A stretch of DNA of 64,000 bases from NCBI GenBank assembly GCA_965205675.1, contig OZ242186.1:1312001-1376000 (forward strand). The letters run 5' to 3'. Source of the DNA: Nitrosopumilus sp. Lineage in GTDB: Archaea > Thermoproteota > Nitrososphaeria > Nitrososphaerales > Nitrosopumilaceae. A program made the translations under genes and the position numbers. The notes under the pieces are model-generated. The model worked only from the letters and a program-made list of their open reading frames with translations. It ran no database searches and had not been told where the DNA came from. Of this stretch, positions 50,898 through 59,826 are shown piece by piece (positions within the stretch are counted from its first letter, which is position 1; each line of letters opens with the position of its first letter).

Positions 50898-51104
50898 ATG
50901 TCTGAGATAAAACAAGCAGATGATCTGAGTCCTGAAGAGATTGCGGATATAGATGAATTCTATAATGCAAAAGACAGAAAAACATCTTCAATTGAAGAAT
51001 TTCTTGAAGAGTTACGCAAATCTCGACTGAATGGATTCCAGATAGACGCCCGTCATTTTCCAAACAGTTTGGAAGATTGGACTCTAAAACACAAAAAAGG
51101 GTGA
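50898..51104 (+). CDS. Antitoxin of RelE pair 2 (stop-codon read-through)
   Basis: Homologous to 46985. The expected TGA at 51024-51026 is CGA. Confidence 0.65.
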   Translation: MSEIKQADDLSPEEIADIDEFYNAKDRKTSSIEEFLEELRKSRLNGFQIDARHFPNSLEDWTLKHKKG

Positions 51105-51292
51105 AAGATGCAGTGTTACAATTGCTCACATCTGAGAATCCTGCAAGATTGGGAAAATACAAACAAGACAAACGTGTGTTTGCATACAATATAGGAAACA
51201 GATACAGAATCATCTACAATGTCAACTGGAGTTGTGATACAATAGAATTTCTACGAGTATGCGACCACAAGTCAGTCTACGGCAAAGACTAG
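51023..51292 (+). pseudogene. RelE/ParE-family toxin 2, start codon apparently lost
   Basis: Homology extends to (TCG)TEWIPDRRPSFSKQF, upstream of the TTG at 51077. Ends LRVCDHKSVYGKD. Confidence 0.7.
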
Positions 51293-51392
51293 AAAGAACA
51301 AACAAATTTTTTGAGCAAAATATCTAGATGCATCAAATCTCAAAGCAATCAGATTTTAGAGATTCTTTGATAGATGGCTGCTAGATAACATG

Positions 51393-51533
51393 GAAGATCC
51401 ATACGGATTTTTCAAAATTATTCCCACAGAGTTGTAACGAATTATTTCCAAAAGGGAATAACTCAACCCAAGCTCTCATGACGGGAATCGTCCTGCTGGA
51501 AACGTTATTTCAGAATAAAAGGAGGAACCGATT
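51393..51533 (+). promoter_or_regulatory. Structured cassette leader, copy 12
   Basis: Conserved element. Confidence 0.85.
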
Positions 51534-52067
51534 ATGGTCCGACAAAACAGTGCAAGTGAAAGCACGCAAAACAATTCACAAAATCCCGCCTTTAATACAA
51601 ATGGTCTTACCCATCACATGGAACAGACTGAACACCAGCAAGAAACACCAAAAGAACTCTCCGATTCCCAAATTTTTGAAAAAATAGAACAGGCGATGAG
51701 AGAACATACACCAGGAGCAAATTCAGGAGTAAGATACGACGTGAAAAACGAACATGTCTACACAGTCATGTATCACGGGAACTCGTGGGATCAAGATGAA
51801 GACGGATATATTCCATACGAGATCTTCACAATTCCAAACTGGGCTGACGATTCAGATATTCGTGCAATGCTCGGGTGTCCTTGCGATGAGGAACAAGCTC
51901 GGGAATACGTACAAGAGTATGAAGACATGACCGTTGATGATTTTCTGGATATAGAAAAAATTCTCCCCACTATAATTTGGTGTGAATTGGAAGAGTATGC
52001 TGAAATTCTTGACGAAATAGAAGAAGCACGAAAACAATATGCGGAATTTTCGGAGAGACAAAATTGA
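51534..52067 (+). CDS. Acidic hypothetical protein with leader peptide
   Basis: Paralogue of 45689. Confidence 0.7.
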   Translation: MVRQNSASESTQNNSQNPAFNTNGLTHHMEQTEHQQETPKELSDSQIFEKIEQAMREHTPGANSGVRYDVKNEHVYTVMYHGNSWDQDEDGYIPYEIFTIPNWADDSDIRAMLGCPCDEEQAREYVQEYEDMTVDDFLDIEKILPTIIWCELEEYAEILDEIEEARKQYAEFSERQN

Positions 52068-52230
52068 CTCCTGATTTTTTCGCACGAGAATCTGCCAAGC
52101 TCTCAAAACTCATTAAAGAACTAGATGCAGAAGTGCAAGAACAAAAATATTTTGACGCACAATTCACTTCGGAAAGAATCATAAATATCTCGAAGTTATT
52201 ATATGAATTGCAGAAAAAGGAGGGTCAAAA

Positions 52231-52743
52231 TTGACTCCTTCTATTTTTGACGACAACAAGCCTATGTTATTTGATGGTTCCATTGACAAATTTAAAAATT
52301 TTGTCAAGATTGCGGATGATTTGGCTGATGAGCAAATGTCTCAAGTAAGAAAAGAATTTTGCCGTGAAGTATTAACACAAGTTGTCCCACTGAAATTTCA
52401 AAAAAGTGGGATGTTCAGCCATATTCTTACTGCTCTATGGAGCAAAAATGTAGCAAAAGAAGAATGGCAAGAACTGGATGAAATGTTTTCATCCCTCAAT
52501 GCCGCTGATTATGACAAACGAGAGATACATGCACTAAGAGCCGCACTTAATGTTTGCATTGTGATGCAAATGAAAAAGGGCGAAACAGTACCATTCCGAA
52601 CATTGACAATTTCAGACTTGTTGTTCAAAATCGGCAAAAATGCAGTTGAATCTCACACCATACACAATCGAGCAGGATTGTATCATCTAATGATGGACAG
52701 AATGAGTGAATCGATTGGTGATGTTGTGGAGGAAAAAAACTAA
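52231..52743 (+). CDS. Hypothetical protein
   Basis: SD AGGAGG upstream of TTG; 170 aa. Confidence 0.65.
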   Translation: MTPSIFDDNKPMLFDGSIDKFKNFVKIADDLADEQMSQVRKEFCREVLTQVVPLKFQKSGMFSHILTALWSKNVAKEEWQELDEMFSSLNAADYDKREIHALRAALNVCIVMQMKKGETVPFRTLTISDLLFKIGKNAVESHTIHNRAGLYHLMMDRMSESIGDVVEEKN

Positions 52744-52880
52744 TGCTCACAAAAATCTTGGAATTGCACAAGACAACATACGTGGCAGAAAGCACAAAAG
52801 AGCACTCAAAAAGGTTAGACAGGAATTAAACCGCATTCTTGATTCCTAATCTTTTTTTATGATGGAAAAATAGAATAGAC

Positions 52881-53120
52881 ATGTCTGAGACAAAAACCCT
52901 CAATCCTTTTGAGCATCTCCCAGAGGATAAACTAGAGATAATCAGAAAGGATTTTGAGCAAAACAACTACAGATCAGATACTTTTGAGGAACATCTAAAG
53001 TCATTGCATGAAGATGATATGATTCCAGAAGAAGTGTTAGACATCATAGAATCAAGAAACAGTGATGACTGGCAAACGGTGAGTTTTGATGAACTTTCAA
53101 AAGAATTGAGTGGTCAATGA
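52881..53120 (+). CDS. Antitoxin of RelE pair 3
   Basis: Acidic; ATGA overlap with RelE. Confidence 0.7.
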   Translation: MSETKTLNPFEHLPEDKLEIIRKDFEQNNYRSDTFEEHLKSLHEDDMIPEEVLDIIESRNSDDWQTVSFDELSKELSGQ

Positions 53121-53425
53121 TTTGGGATTTATCACGCCGACCAAGATTCATCAAACAATTCAAGGGTCTTGATCCACAACTAAAACAAAGAATCCTCAAA
53201 TCATTATCAGAACTTTCCATATCTGATAATCCTGCAGATCAAGGAGAATACAAAATAGGCATGAAAGTATTTGCATACAATGTTGGGAAATATAGAATAA
53301 TCTATACTATTGATTATTTTAACAGTAAGATTATTTTGCATAGAGTATGTGACCACAAATCAGTCTATGGCAAAGACTGGAGAAACCAAAACAAATTTTT
53401 TGAACAAAACATCCAAGACTCATAG
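53117..53425 (+). CDS. RelE/ParE-family toxin 3 (C-terminally extended)
   Basis: KYRIIYTI..HRVCDHKSVYGKD, then TGG at 53378-53380 where paralogues have TAG. Confidence 0.8.
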   Translation: MIWDLSRRPRFIKQFKGLDPQLKQRILKSLSELSISDNPADQGEYKIGMKVFAYNVGKYRIIYTIDYFNSKIILHRVCDHKSVYGKDWRNQNKFFEQNIQDS

Positions 53426-53471
53426 CATTTCTAAGATAATTATCTTTAGAATCCAATGAGTTTTTGGTACA

Positions 53472-53611
53472 GAAAATCAAAGACAGATTTTCAAAATTAT
53501 TCCTACAGAGTTGTGTAGAATTATTCTCATAGAGTGTGATTCAAAGTAACTCTCATGACAGGAATCGTACTGCTGGAGACGTTACTGCCAGAATAAAAGG
53601 AGGAACCAATT
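53472..53611 (+). promoter_or_regulatory. Structured cassette leader, copy 13 (variant)
   Basis: ATTCCT/AGGAAT and AGAGTTG/TAACTCT stems. Confidence 0.82.
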
Positions 53612-53824
53612 ATGGTCCGACAAAACAGTGCAAGTGAAAGCACACAAAACAATTCACAAAATCCCGCCCTTAATACAAATGGTCTCACCCATCACGTGGA
53701 ATGGACTGAGGAGCAGCAAGAAACCCTGCGGTTTCTGCTCGAAGAGCAGGTAGCAAATGAGGAATATTATTCCTCATTGGATGAACCGCACGGAGTCTCG
53801 TGCAACTGTACAGAGTGCAACTAA
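53612..53824 (+). CDS. Small acidic protein with leader peptide and CNCTECN end
   Basis: Paralogue of 43797 and 59617. Confidence 0.65.
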   Translation: MVRQNSASESTQNNSQNPALNTNGLTHHVEWTEEQQETLRFLLEEQVANEEYYSSLDEPHGVSCNCTECN

Positions 53825-54054
53825 TGTCATCCATAGCAGTTCTAACTCTGGACAGCGAGGATATCAGAGAGCATCTTAACTGCGATGAGAAAAGAGTGCA
53901 CCAGATAATGGGAATGGCAGTAAGAGGCGAGTTCACAGATGCAATCATGGATTCGTTTTGGGATACCATTGATGCATTTGATGGCATTCTCAAAACAGAG
54001 GACAGAACAACCCTGCAAGTCTATGAGCAGTTGGGCAAAAAACTGGAGGAATAG
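53824..54054 (+). CDS. Small hypothetical protein
   Basis: Paralogue at 60667. Confidence 0.65.
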   Translation: MSSIAVLTLDSEDIREHLNCDEKRVHQIMGMAVRGEFTDAIMDSFWDTIDAFDGILKTEDRTTLQVYEQLGKKLEE

Positions 54055-54059
54055 TCATA

Positions 54060-54593
54060 ATGTCTGATAGAATCCCGGACTGGGAAGACATGCCAGACGG
54101 CGTATCTCTTGTGACACTGTCATGGGAGGACGTGTACGTCAAGGCTCGCAAGGAACTGTTGAGAAATCCGACAAGAGAGGAGACATTGAAGATCTTCGAT
54201 GACATTGCACATCCTATGAGCAATGCAGTACAAGACGACATGCCTGCACATCTTGATGCCCTGATTGAGGAGATGGTCAAAGAATGTCTCAAATCAAAAC
54301 CATACAGTATAGATTCCATGAGTCCAGAAGAACTCGTATCCAGAAAATACTGCCATACATGCCAGGACATACAGGAGACATACTGGGAACTTGGAGTGTG
54401 TGAGAAGAATCCCGAAGGACTCTGCATACCAAAAGACCACGGAAACGACAAAGACGGCATCATAGAGTGCAGTGATGAATGGTGTAACCCGACACAGCAA
54501 ACTGTAGAGACGCAGATCACAAAAGAGTTCGTCCAGAGTCACAACGTGGATGAAAGATGTGCACAGTGTCACCGCATGCTGGAGTCTCAGTAA
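54060..54593 (+). CDS. Cys-rich acidic hypothetical protein
   Basis: Paralogue of the N-terminal half of 60903. Confidence 0.7.
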   Translation: MSDRIPDWEDMPDGVSLVTLSWEDVYVKARKELLRNPTREETLKIFDDIAHPMSNAVQDDMPAHLDALIEEMVKECLKSKPYSIDSMSPEELVSRKYCHTCQDIQETYWELGVCEKNPEGLCIPKDHGNDKDGIIECSDEWCNPTQQTVETQITKEFVQSHNVDERCAQCHRMLESQ

Positions 54594-54594
54594 T

Positions 54595-55401
54595 ATGAAA
54601 AACTCTGAGAAAGCAACAGTTCTGCTAAAAGAGATTGCAGAAGTCTTTTCCAAAAAAGAGTTTGCCTCAAACTGTGCAAAGGTGTTTATCAACGCCAAAG
54701 AAAACGACATACCGTCATCCTCATGGTCAATGGGAAACCAATTACTGATGCTGTTTTCTGGAACAGATGATGCAAGAGGGTACAGGCAATGGGGGCAGGT
54801 AAAGCGCCACGTCAAAAAGGGCTCAAAGGCAATCTACATACTGGTCCCAATGGTAAAGAAGATCAAAGACAAGAAGACAGACGAGGAGAGGACAGTAACT
54901 ATCGGATTCCGGGGAGTGCCTGTATTTAGATACGAGGACACTGAAGGAGAGGCTCTAAAGGCATACACTCCAAGGACTCTGCCTCCGCTATTTGGGCTTG
55001 CAGAAAAAAATGGAATCGACGTGAGATGGACAAACACAAAACAGGGAGAGTACGGCTCAATGAATCATACTGACAAATCCATGACTCTGAGTACTGAGGC
55101 ACCTGACACGTTTTTGCACGAACTGATGCACTGGTATGACGGCAAAAACGTCAAGATGGTAAACGGACAAGACCCTGAACAGGAGACTGTCGCACAGCTT
55201 GGAGCATGTGTGCTTGCAAAACTGTACGGGTATGACTCTGAGAGCTACACCTGGAACTATATCGCATCATACGCCAAGGCAGAGTCTCCGCAAGACGTCG
55301 GGCAGATGTGCTTTAAGGTACTCAGCAGAGTGCAAAAGGCAATCACTGCAATACTTGATGATGCAGAGTCTTTGCCAGCCCTAAAGGTGCCATCAAAATG
55401 A
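54595..55401 (+). CDS. ardC: ArdC-like antirestriction protein (ssDNA-binding N-domain plus zincin-like domain)
   Basis: WSMGNQLL...GYRQW..VKRHVKKGSKAIYILVP...VPVF, FLHELMHW, ETVAQLGA, NYIASY. Confidence 0.8.
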   Translation: MKNSEKATVLLKEIAEVFSKKEFASNCAKVFINAKENDIPSSSWSMGNQLLMLFSGTDDARGYRQWGQVKRHVKKGSKAIYILVPMVKKIKDKKTDEERTVTIGFRGVPVFRYEDTEGEALKAYTPRTLPPLFGLAEKNGIDVRWTNTKQGEYGSMNHTDKSMTLSTEAPDTFLHELMHWYDGKNVKMVNGQDPEQETVAQLGACVLAKLYGYDSESYTWNYIASYAKAESPQDVGQMCFKVLSRVQKAITAILDDAESLPALKVPSK

Positions 55402-55595
55402 GGGCGCTCAAAGATTCTGCAAAGTGCACTCACAAGTCATGGGAGATGTTACATGGCACAATCAAGGAGACACACCACTCAGAACATGGGGATGTATGCA
55501 TGGAGTGTACCCTGAGATGTACAAACTGCCACATCACTGCAACTGCATCAAGAACAGAATACTGCAACGAGTCCAGTTGCAATGTCACAAAATAG
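55398..55595 (+). CDS. Small Cys/His Zn-binding protein
   Basis: KCTH.SWE...CTNCH; paralogue at 62322. Confidence 0.6.
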   Translation: MRALKDSAKCTHKSWEMLHGTIKETHHSEHGDVCMECTLRCTNCHITATASRTEYCNESSCNVTK

Positions 55596-55598
55596 CAA

Positions 55599-55961
55599 AT
55601 GTCAACACAGGTTTGTGGCAAGACAACGTTTGCATTCAGCGATGCAATAAGACGTGCAACTAGCCATCTTCAAAGACTGGGACTGTGCCACCAAATACCC
55701 CGTCTCCCAGAAGCATATCCCCAGCATTTATCCCAACTCTCAGAAATTGACATCGTGGTACGGGCTAAAATACTCAAATGCCATCTTGAAGATACATTTG
55801 CACAAAATGTCTTTTCAGTAAAAGTGACACGAAGAAAAGACATCTCCGTCATACACATCACTCACGACATGCTGAGACCCGAGATGATGACAGGCATCAT
55901 AGCACTGTATGCAGATGAGGCAGAGACCCACCTTGATACGTTTGGTGCAAGCAAGCAATGA
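55599..55961 (+). CDS. Hypothetical protein, LPD29-like
   Basis: AKILKCHLEDTF..NVFSV pattern; paralogue at 62526. Confidence 0.55.
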   Translation: MSTQVCGKTTFAFSDAIRRATSHLQRLGLCHQIPRLPEAYPQHLSQLSEIDIVVRAKILKCHLEDTFAQNVFSVKVTRRKDISVIHITHDMLRPEMMTGIIALYADEAETHLDTFGASKQ

Positions 55962-56182
55962 CACCGTTTGCAGAGAAAAAGGCACAGAGTCTCATAGCGA
56001 CTGATTCCATCATACAGATAGATGATGACACGTGGCAAGTAAGATCATCGACTCTTGAAAAGTCATACATAATCAGTGATGGAGTATGCCAGTGTCTGGG
56101 ATTCAAGTTTCGAGAAGAATGCTCGCATGTTATCGCTGCAAAGATGCTGCAGGAGTCATCTGAGATTGGATCTGCCTCTTAG
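55958..56182 (+). CDS. SWIM zinc-finger protein
   Basis: VRSS...Y...CQC..F..REECSHV. Confidence 0.8.
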   Translation: MTPFAEKKAQSLIATDSIIQIDDDTWQVRSSTLEKSYIISDGVCQCLGFKFREECSHVIAAKMLQESSEIGSAS

Positions 56183-56204
56183 TTTTTTTTAGAGGAATGT
56201 ACAG

Positions 56205-56462
56205 ATGAGATACATGATTCCTATGACTGACATGAATGTACTTATGATTGCGTGGATTGTAGGTGGAACCACAAGTGTTGTAATCGGGATGATTCTGCAA
56301 GAAGATGCATTATTAGCATTGGGAGTAGGATTCGGCATTCCGGGTGCAATACAGCTAATAATGGACAATGTTAGGGAAAACTCAAAACCGAAAACAGACG
56401 ATAAAAACAGCAAAGAGGACAGATACACATGGCAGGTCTCAAAGAGCACTCAAAAAGGTTAG
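56205..56462 (+). CDS. Small two-TM protein
   Basis: Paralogue at 63112. Confidence 0.6.
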   Translation: MRYMIPMTDMNVLMIAWIVGGTTSVVIGMILQEDALLALGVGFGIPGAIQLIMDNVRENSKPKTDDKNSKEDRYTWQVSKSTQKG

Positions 56463-56524
56463 ACAGGAATTAAACCGCATTCTTGATTCCTAATCTTTTT
56501 TTATGATGGAAAAATAGAATAGAC

Positions 56525-56770
56525 ATGTCTGAGACAAAAACCCTCAATCCTTTTGAGCATCTCCCAGAGGATAAACTAGAGATAATCAGAAAGGATTTTG
56601 AGCAAAACAACTACAGATCAGATACTTTTGAGGAACATCTAAAGTCATTGCATGAAGATGATATGATTCCAGAAGAAGTGTTAGATATAATCGAGGTCAG
56701 AAAAAGCAAGGATTGGAAGACATTTTCCTCAGCTGAAGAATTGTTAGAAGAATTACATAGAGATGACTAG
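56525..56770 (+). CDS. Antitoxin of RelE pair 4
   Basis: First ~56 aa identical to 52881; C-terminus different. Confidence 0.7.
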   Translation: MSETKTLNPFEHLPEDKLEIIRKDFEQNNYRSDTFEEHLKSLHEDDMIPEEVLDIIEVRKSKDWKTFSSAEELLEELHRDD

Positions 56771-57032
56771 CTGGAAGATAAAAAAAGAAAATACTTTCAA
56801 AAAACAATACAAAAACATTGGACACAATAGACAGTCTATTGCAGATAAAGCAATTCTAGAACTTGCAGCATCTTCAAATCCTGCAAATCTTGGAAAATAC
56901 AAACAAAGCAACAAAGTCTTTGCATATGAACTTGGAAAAAATGATCGCCTAATCTACACCTTGGATTATTTTCACAATGAGATAATCCTACTTCGAGTAT
57001 GTGACCACAAATCAGTCTATGGCAAAGACTAG
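56763..57032 (+). CDS. RelE/ParE-family toxin 4
   Basis: FKKQYKNI...DRLIYTL..LRVCDHKSVYGKD. Confidence 0.82.
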   Translation: MTSWKIKKENTFKKQYKNIGHNRQSIADKAILELAASSNPANLGKYKQSNKVFAYELGKNDRLIYTLDYFHNEIILLRVCDHKSVYGKD

Positions 57033-57123
57033 AGAAACCAAAACAAATTTTTTGAACAAAACATCCAAGACTCATAGCATTTCTAAGATAATTATCTTTA
57101 GAATCCAATGAGTTTTTGGTACA

Positions 57124-57263
57124 GAAAATCAAAGACAGATTTTCAAAATTATTCCTACAGAGTTGTGTAGAATTATTCTCATAGAGTATGATTCAAAGTA
57201 GCTCTCATGACGGGAATCGTCCTGCTGGTGACGTTACTGCCAGAATAAAAGGAGGAACCAATT
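57124..57263 (+). promoter_or_regulatory. Structured cassette leader, copy 14
   Basis: Variant like copy 13. Confidence 0.82.
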
Positions 57264-57539
57264 ATGGTCCGACAAAACAGTGCAAGTGAAAGCACACAAA
57301 ACAAATCACAGCAAAACAACGATGCAGTAAAAGTCGACATAGAAAATTCAAACGACAGTTCTATGGCAAACAGCAAAAAAGGCATCAAGTTACTAAGAGC
57401 TGAAATACAGGCACACTTTTGCCAAATCCAAGAATACCTGGATGAAAACGATGCAGATCATACCAGGTACGCATTCCATGAAGCAGACACTGCAGCCCAC
57501 AAAATAAGGGATTTGTGTGATATGGAGGCCGGACAATAA
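57264..57539 (+). CDS. Hypothetical protein with leader peptide
   Basis: MVRQNSASESTQ start. Confidence 0.6.
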   Translation: MVRQNSASESTQNKSQQNNDAVKVDIENSNDSSMANSKKGIKLLRAEIQAHFCQIQEYLDENDADHTRYAFHEADTAAHKIRDLCDMEAGQ

Positions 57540-57964
57540 TGGCTGAAAAAATCCCAAAACTCTACGAGACTGACGGAATTTCATTTGATGAGAAGACAAT
57601 TCACCAGGTATGGTATCTTTCATCTGTGAATTTTGTGTGGTGTGTGGCAGAACTGGACGAATCCACAAGTGAGGCATTTGGATATGCAAATCTTAACTCC
57701 GACAGAGACGCAGAATGGGGATACATTGACATTGCAGACATTAAGAAAAATGGTGCAAAACTAACAGAGACTACAATCAAACCGTTCTCAGAGATGCTAC
57801 CTTTGGTACGACCTCAAAACGATTGTCCAGAGTGTGGTTCCACCCAATACGGATATCACGCCATCAAGAGAGGAGACCCTACATTGACTGATGACACATT
57901 TGAGTTGTGGATTTGCAGAAACTGCAACTTTCAGCCATTTACAAACATCAGGGGTCTGATATAG
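57539..57964 (+). CDS. DUF2958-like protein with C-terminal Zn ribbon
   Basis: IPKLYETD...W.VAE.D...FGYANL...AEWGYI; CPEC...CRNC. Confidence 0.7.
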   Translation: MAEKIPKLYETDGISFDEKTIHQVWYLSSVNFVWCVAELDESTSEAFGYANLNSDRDAEWGYIDIADIKKNGAKLTETTIKPFSEMLPLVRPQNDCPECGSTQYGYHAIKRGDPTLTDDTFELWICRNCNFQPFTNIRGLI

Positions 57965-57966
57965 AG

Positions 57967-58266
57967 ATGACCATCTCAGAACACCGGGCATTTCTTGACT
58001 TTTATCAAGTCGTGGGAGAACGCGGTGCAACATCTGAAATTCTGATGAAAGCCGGAGTTGACGCAAATCAAGCAGTCATTGGAACAATTGATGAGGGAAC
58101 AGACATGGCGTATGAGAATATTGCCCCTCTTGTAGTCAATGAGGAAACCGAACGAAAAATCATAAAATCGCAAGGCGGGATTGATGCCATAAAGGAATTC
58201 ATGGCGTACAATGCAGAGTGGGACAAATACCAAGAAGAACTGGAAAAAGGAGATAATGTCCCATAA
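57967..58266 (+). CDS. Hypothetical protein
   Basis: ORF in operon context. Confidence 0.55.
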   Translation: MTISEHRAFLDFYQVVGERGATSEILMKAGVDANQAVIGTIDEGTDMAYENIAPLVVNEETERKIIKSQGGIDAIKEFMAYNAEWDKYQEELEKGDNVP

Positions 58267-58391
58267 TGTGTCAATCTGAAATTCCAGACTGGAAAGACAT
58301 GCCTGATGACACATTGTTGTACAGCCAACGCAAAGAAAGGATCGCAGCATAATGCAGCTTGTGACAAATAACACTGGAGGCTCAGAAGAGC

Positions 58392-58868
58392 ATGTTTGGC
58401 AAAGGTACGGATGTACAAAAAACCAACATCAGTGATCAGGTAAAGGACAATCGATGGCTGTTTGTCATTGTATCTCTTGGCATCGGTCTGTTGATAACAG
58501 GAGTGGTTTTGTGGAACGAGACACTTGTCGCCATAGGAGCTGCCTTTATTATTGCCGGCGGTGTAGGGATATACATGATGCTTGCAACAAGACAGGTGGC
58601 AAAACAACTACACCTGCGATTCAACGAGCAAAATGACATCTTAGAGAGGCTAGATGAAAGCTCCGGCAAGCAGACAGACATCCTCAAAGACATGGATAAA
58701 TCTCTAAATGAGATAGCATCATCTCAGAAAGACATAGCATCATCTCAGAAAGACATAGCATCATCTCAGAAACAAAACCATTCAGAGATGATAGACGTTC
58801 TAAAAAGAATAGAGACAGGTTTCTCAAATCTCGGAGAAGGTCTCAAGAAAATCGAAGACAAGCTGTAA
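58392..58868 (+). CDS. Two-TM + coiled-coil protein, family 2
   Basis: KDIASSQ repeats. Confidence 0.75.
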   Translation: MFGKGTDVQKTNISDQVKDNRWLFVIVSLGIGLLITGVVLWNETLVAIGAAFIIAGGVGIYMMLATRQVAKQLHLRFNEQNDILERLDESSGKQTDILKDMDKSLNEIASSQKDIASSQKDIASSQKQNHSEMIDVLKRIETGFSNLGEGLKKIEDKL

Positions 58869-58987
58869 ACATACAGCATATTTTTTGTGACCTGACAATC
58901 CTCTCAAACCCAATATCATACTATGACACCTGACAGGCAGATTGGATGTGGAGATGGTACAGATGCTTGCAGCATCATACAAAAATC

Positions 58988-59371
58988 ATGAAAGAGAAAA
59001 CAACAAACAAAGTAAGAACCAGTCTAGTACGAAAACAAAACGTGATATTTGTAGCAATGGTAGCAGTTGGGTTATCCCTAACTGTCATGAGCCAGCTTAC
59101 AGATTCGCGACTGCTAAGTGAAGGCATAGCCTTTATTATAGTTGGATTCGTAGGAATGTTAATGTCTTGGACTACGATGGATATTGGTGCCAGTATCAAA
59201 GAAGCAATATATGATGTTGGCAGACAAAACCTAGCCGCATTGGAATCCATTGCATCTTCTCAAAAAGAGATGGGCAGGTCTCTCAAGGAGATAGCATCCT
59301 CTCAGAAGGAGATCAAAGACATTCTAGGTACACATACTACAATTCTAAAGAACCTAGAGAAAAAAGACTGA
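58988..59371 (+). CDS. Two-TM + coiled-coil protein, family 1 (shortest allele)
   Basis: Dispersed copy. Confidence 0.75.
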   Translation: MKEKTTNKVRTSLVRKQNVIFVAMVAVGLSLTVMSQLTDSRLLSEGIAFIIVGFVGMLMSWTTMDIGASIKEAIYDVGRQNLAALESIASSQKEMGRSLKEIASSQKEIKDILGTHTTILKNLEKKD

Positions 59372-59476
59372 GTTTTCAAAAACCCACAATATTTTTTTGA
59401 CTGAGTCATGCACTCCAAACCAACATTATTTGTAGCAATACAAATCGACTCAGCGAGTTGGTGTGAGATGTGTAAA

Positions 59477-59616
59477 GAAGATCCATACGGATTTTCCAAA
59501 GTTGTTCCTACAGAGTTATTTTCAGAATCATCTCAAAAGAGAATGATTCGGGTATCTCTCATGACAGGAATCGTCCTGCTGGAAACGTTATTTCAGAATA
59601 TAGGAGGAAAAGTCAA
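59477..59616 (+). promoter_or_regulatory. Structured cassette leader, copy 15
   Basis: GTTCCT/AGGAAT and GAATCATCTC/GAGAATGATTC stems. Confidence 0.82.
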
Positions 59617-59826
59617 ATGGCTTTACCAAACAATACAAGTACAAGTATAACAAATGTACAAAATCCCGCCTTTTATGGAAAAGGCATTACACCATCCATG
59701 GAATGGACACAAGAACAACAAGAAATCTTGCAAGATCAACTTGAAGAACAGGTTGCAAATGAGGAATACTATGGTACCCTAGATGAACCACATGGATGGA
59801 CATGTAATTGTCTGGAGTGCAACTAA
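59617..59826 (+). CDS. Small acidic protein with CNCLECN end
   Basis: Diverged paralogue of 43797 and 53612. Confidence 0.65.
   Translation: MALPNNTSTSITNVQNPAFYGKGITPSMEWTQEQQEILQDQLEEQVANEEYYGTLDEPHGWTCNCLECN

Noticed and set aside
43797-59826. Diversity-generating retroelement or retron behind the paralogue variation
   Set aside because: No reverse transcriptase is in the window, and differences are not adenine-specific by eye.
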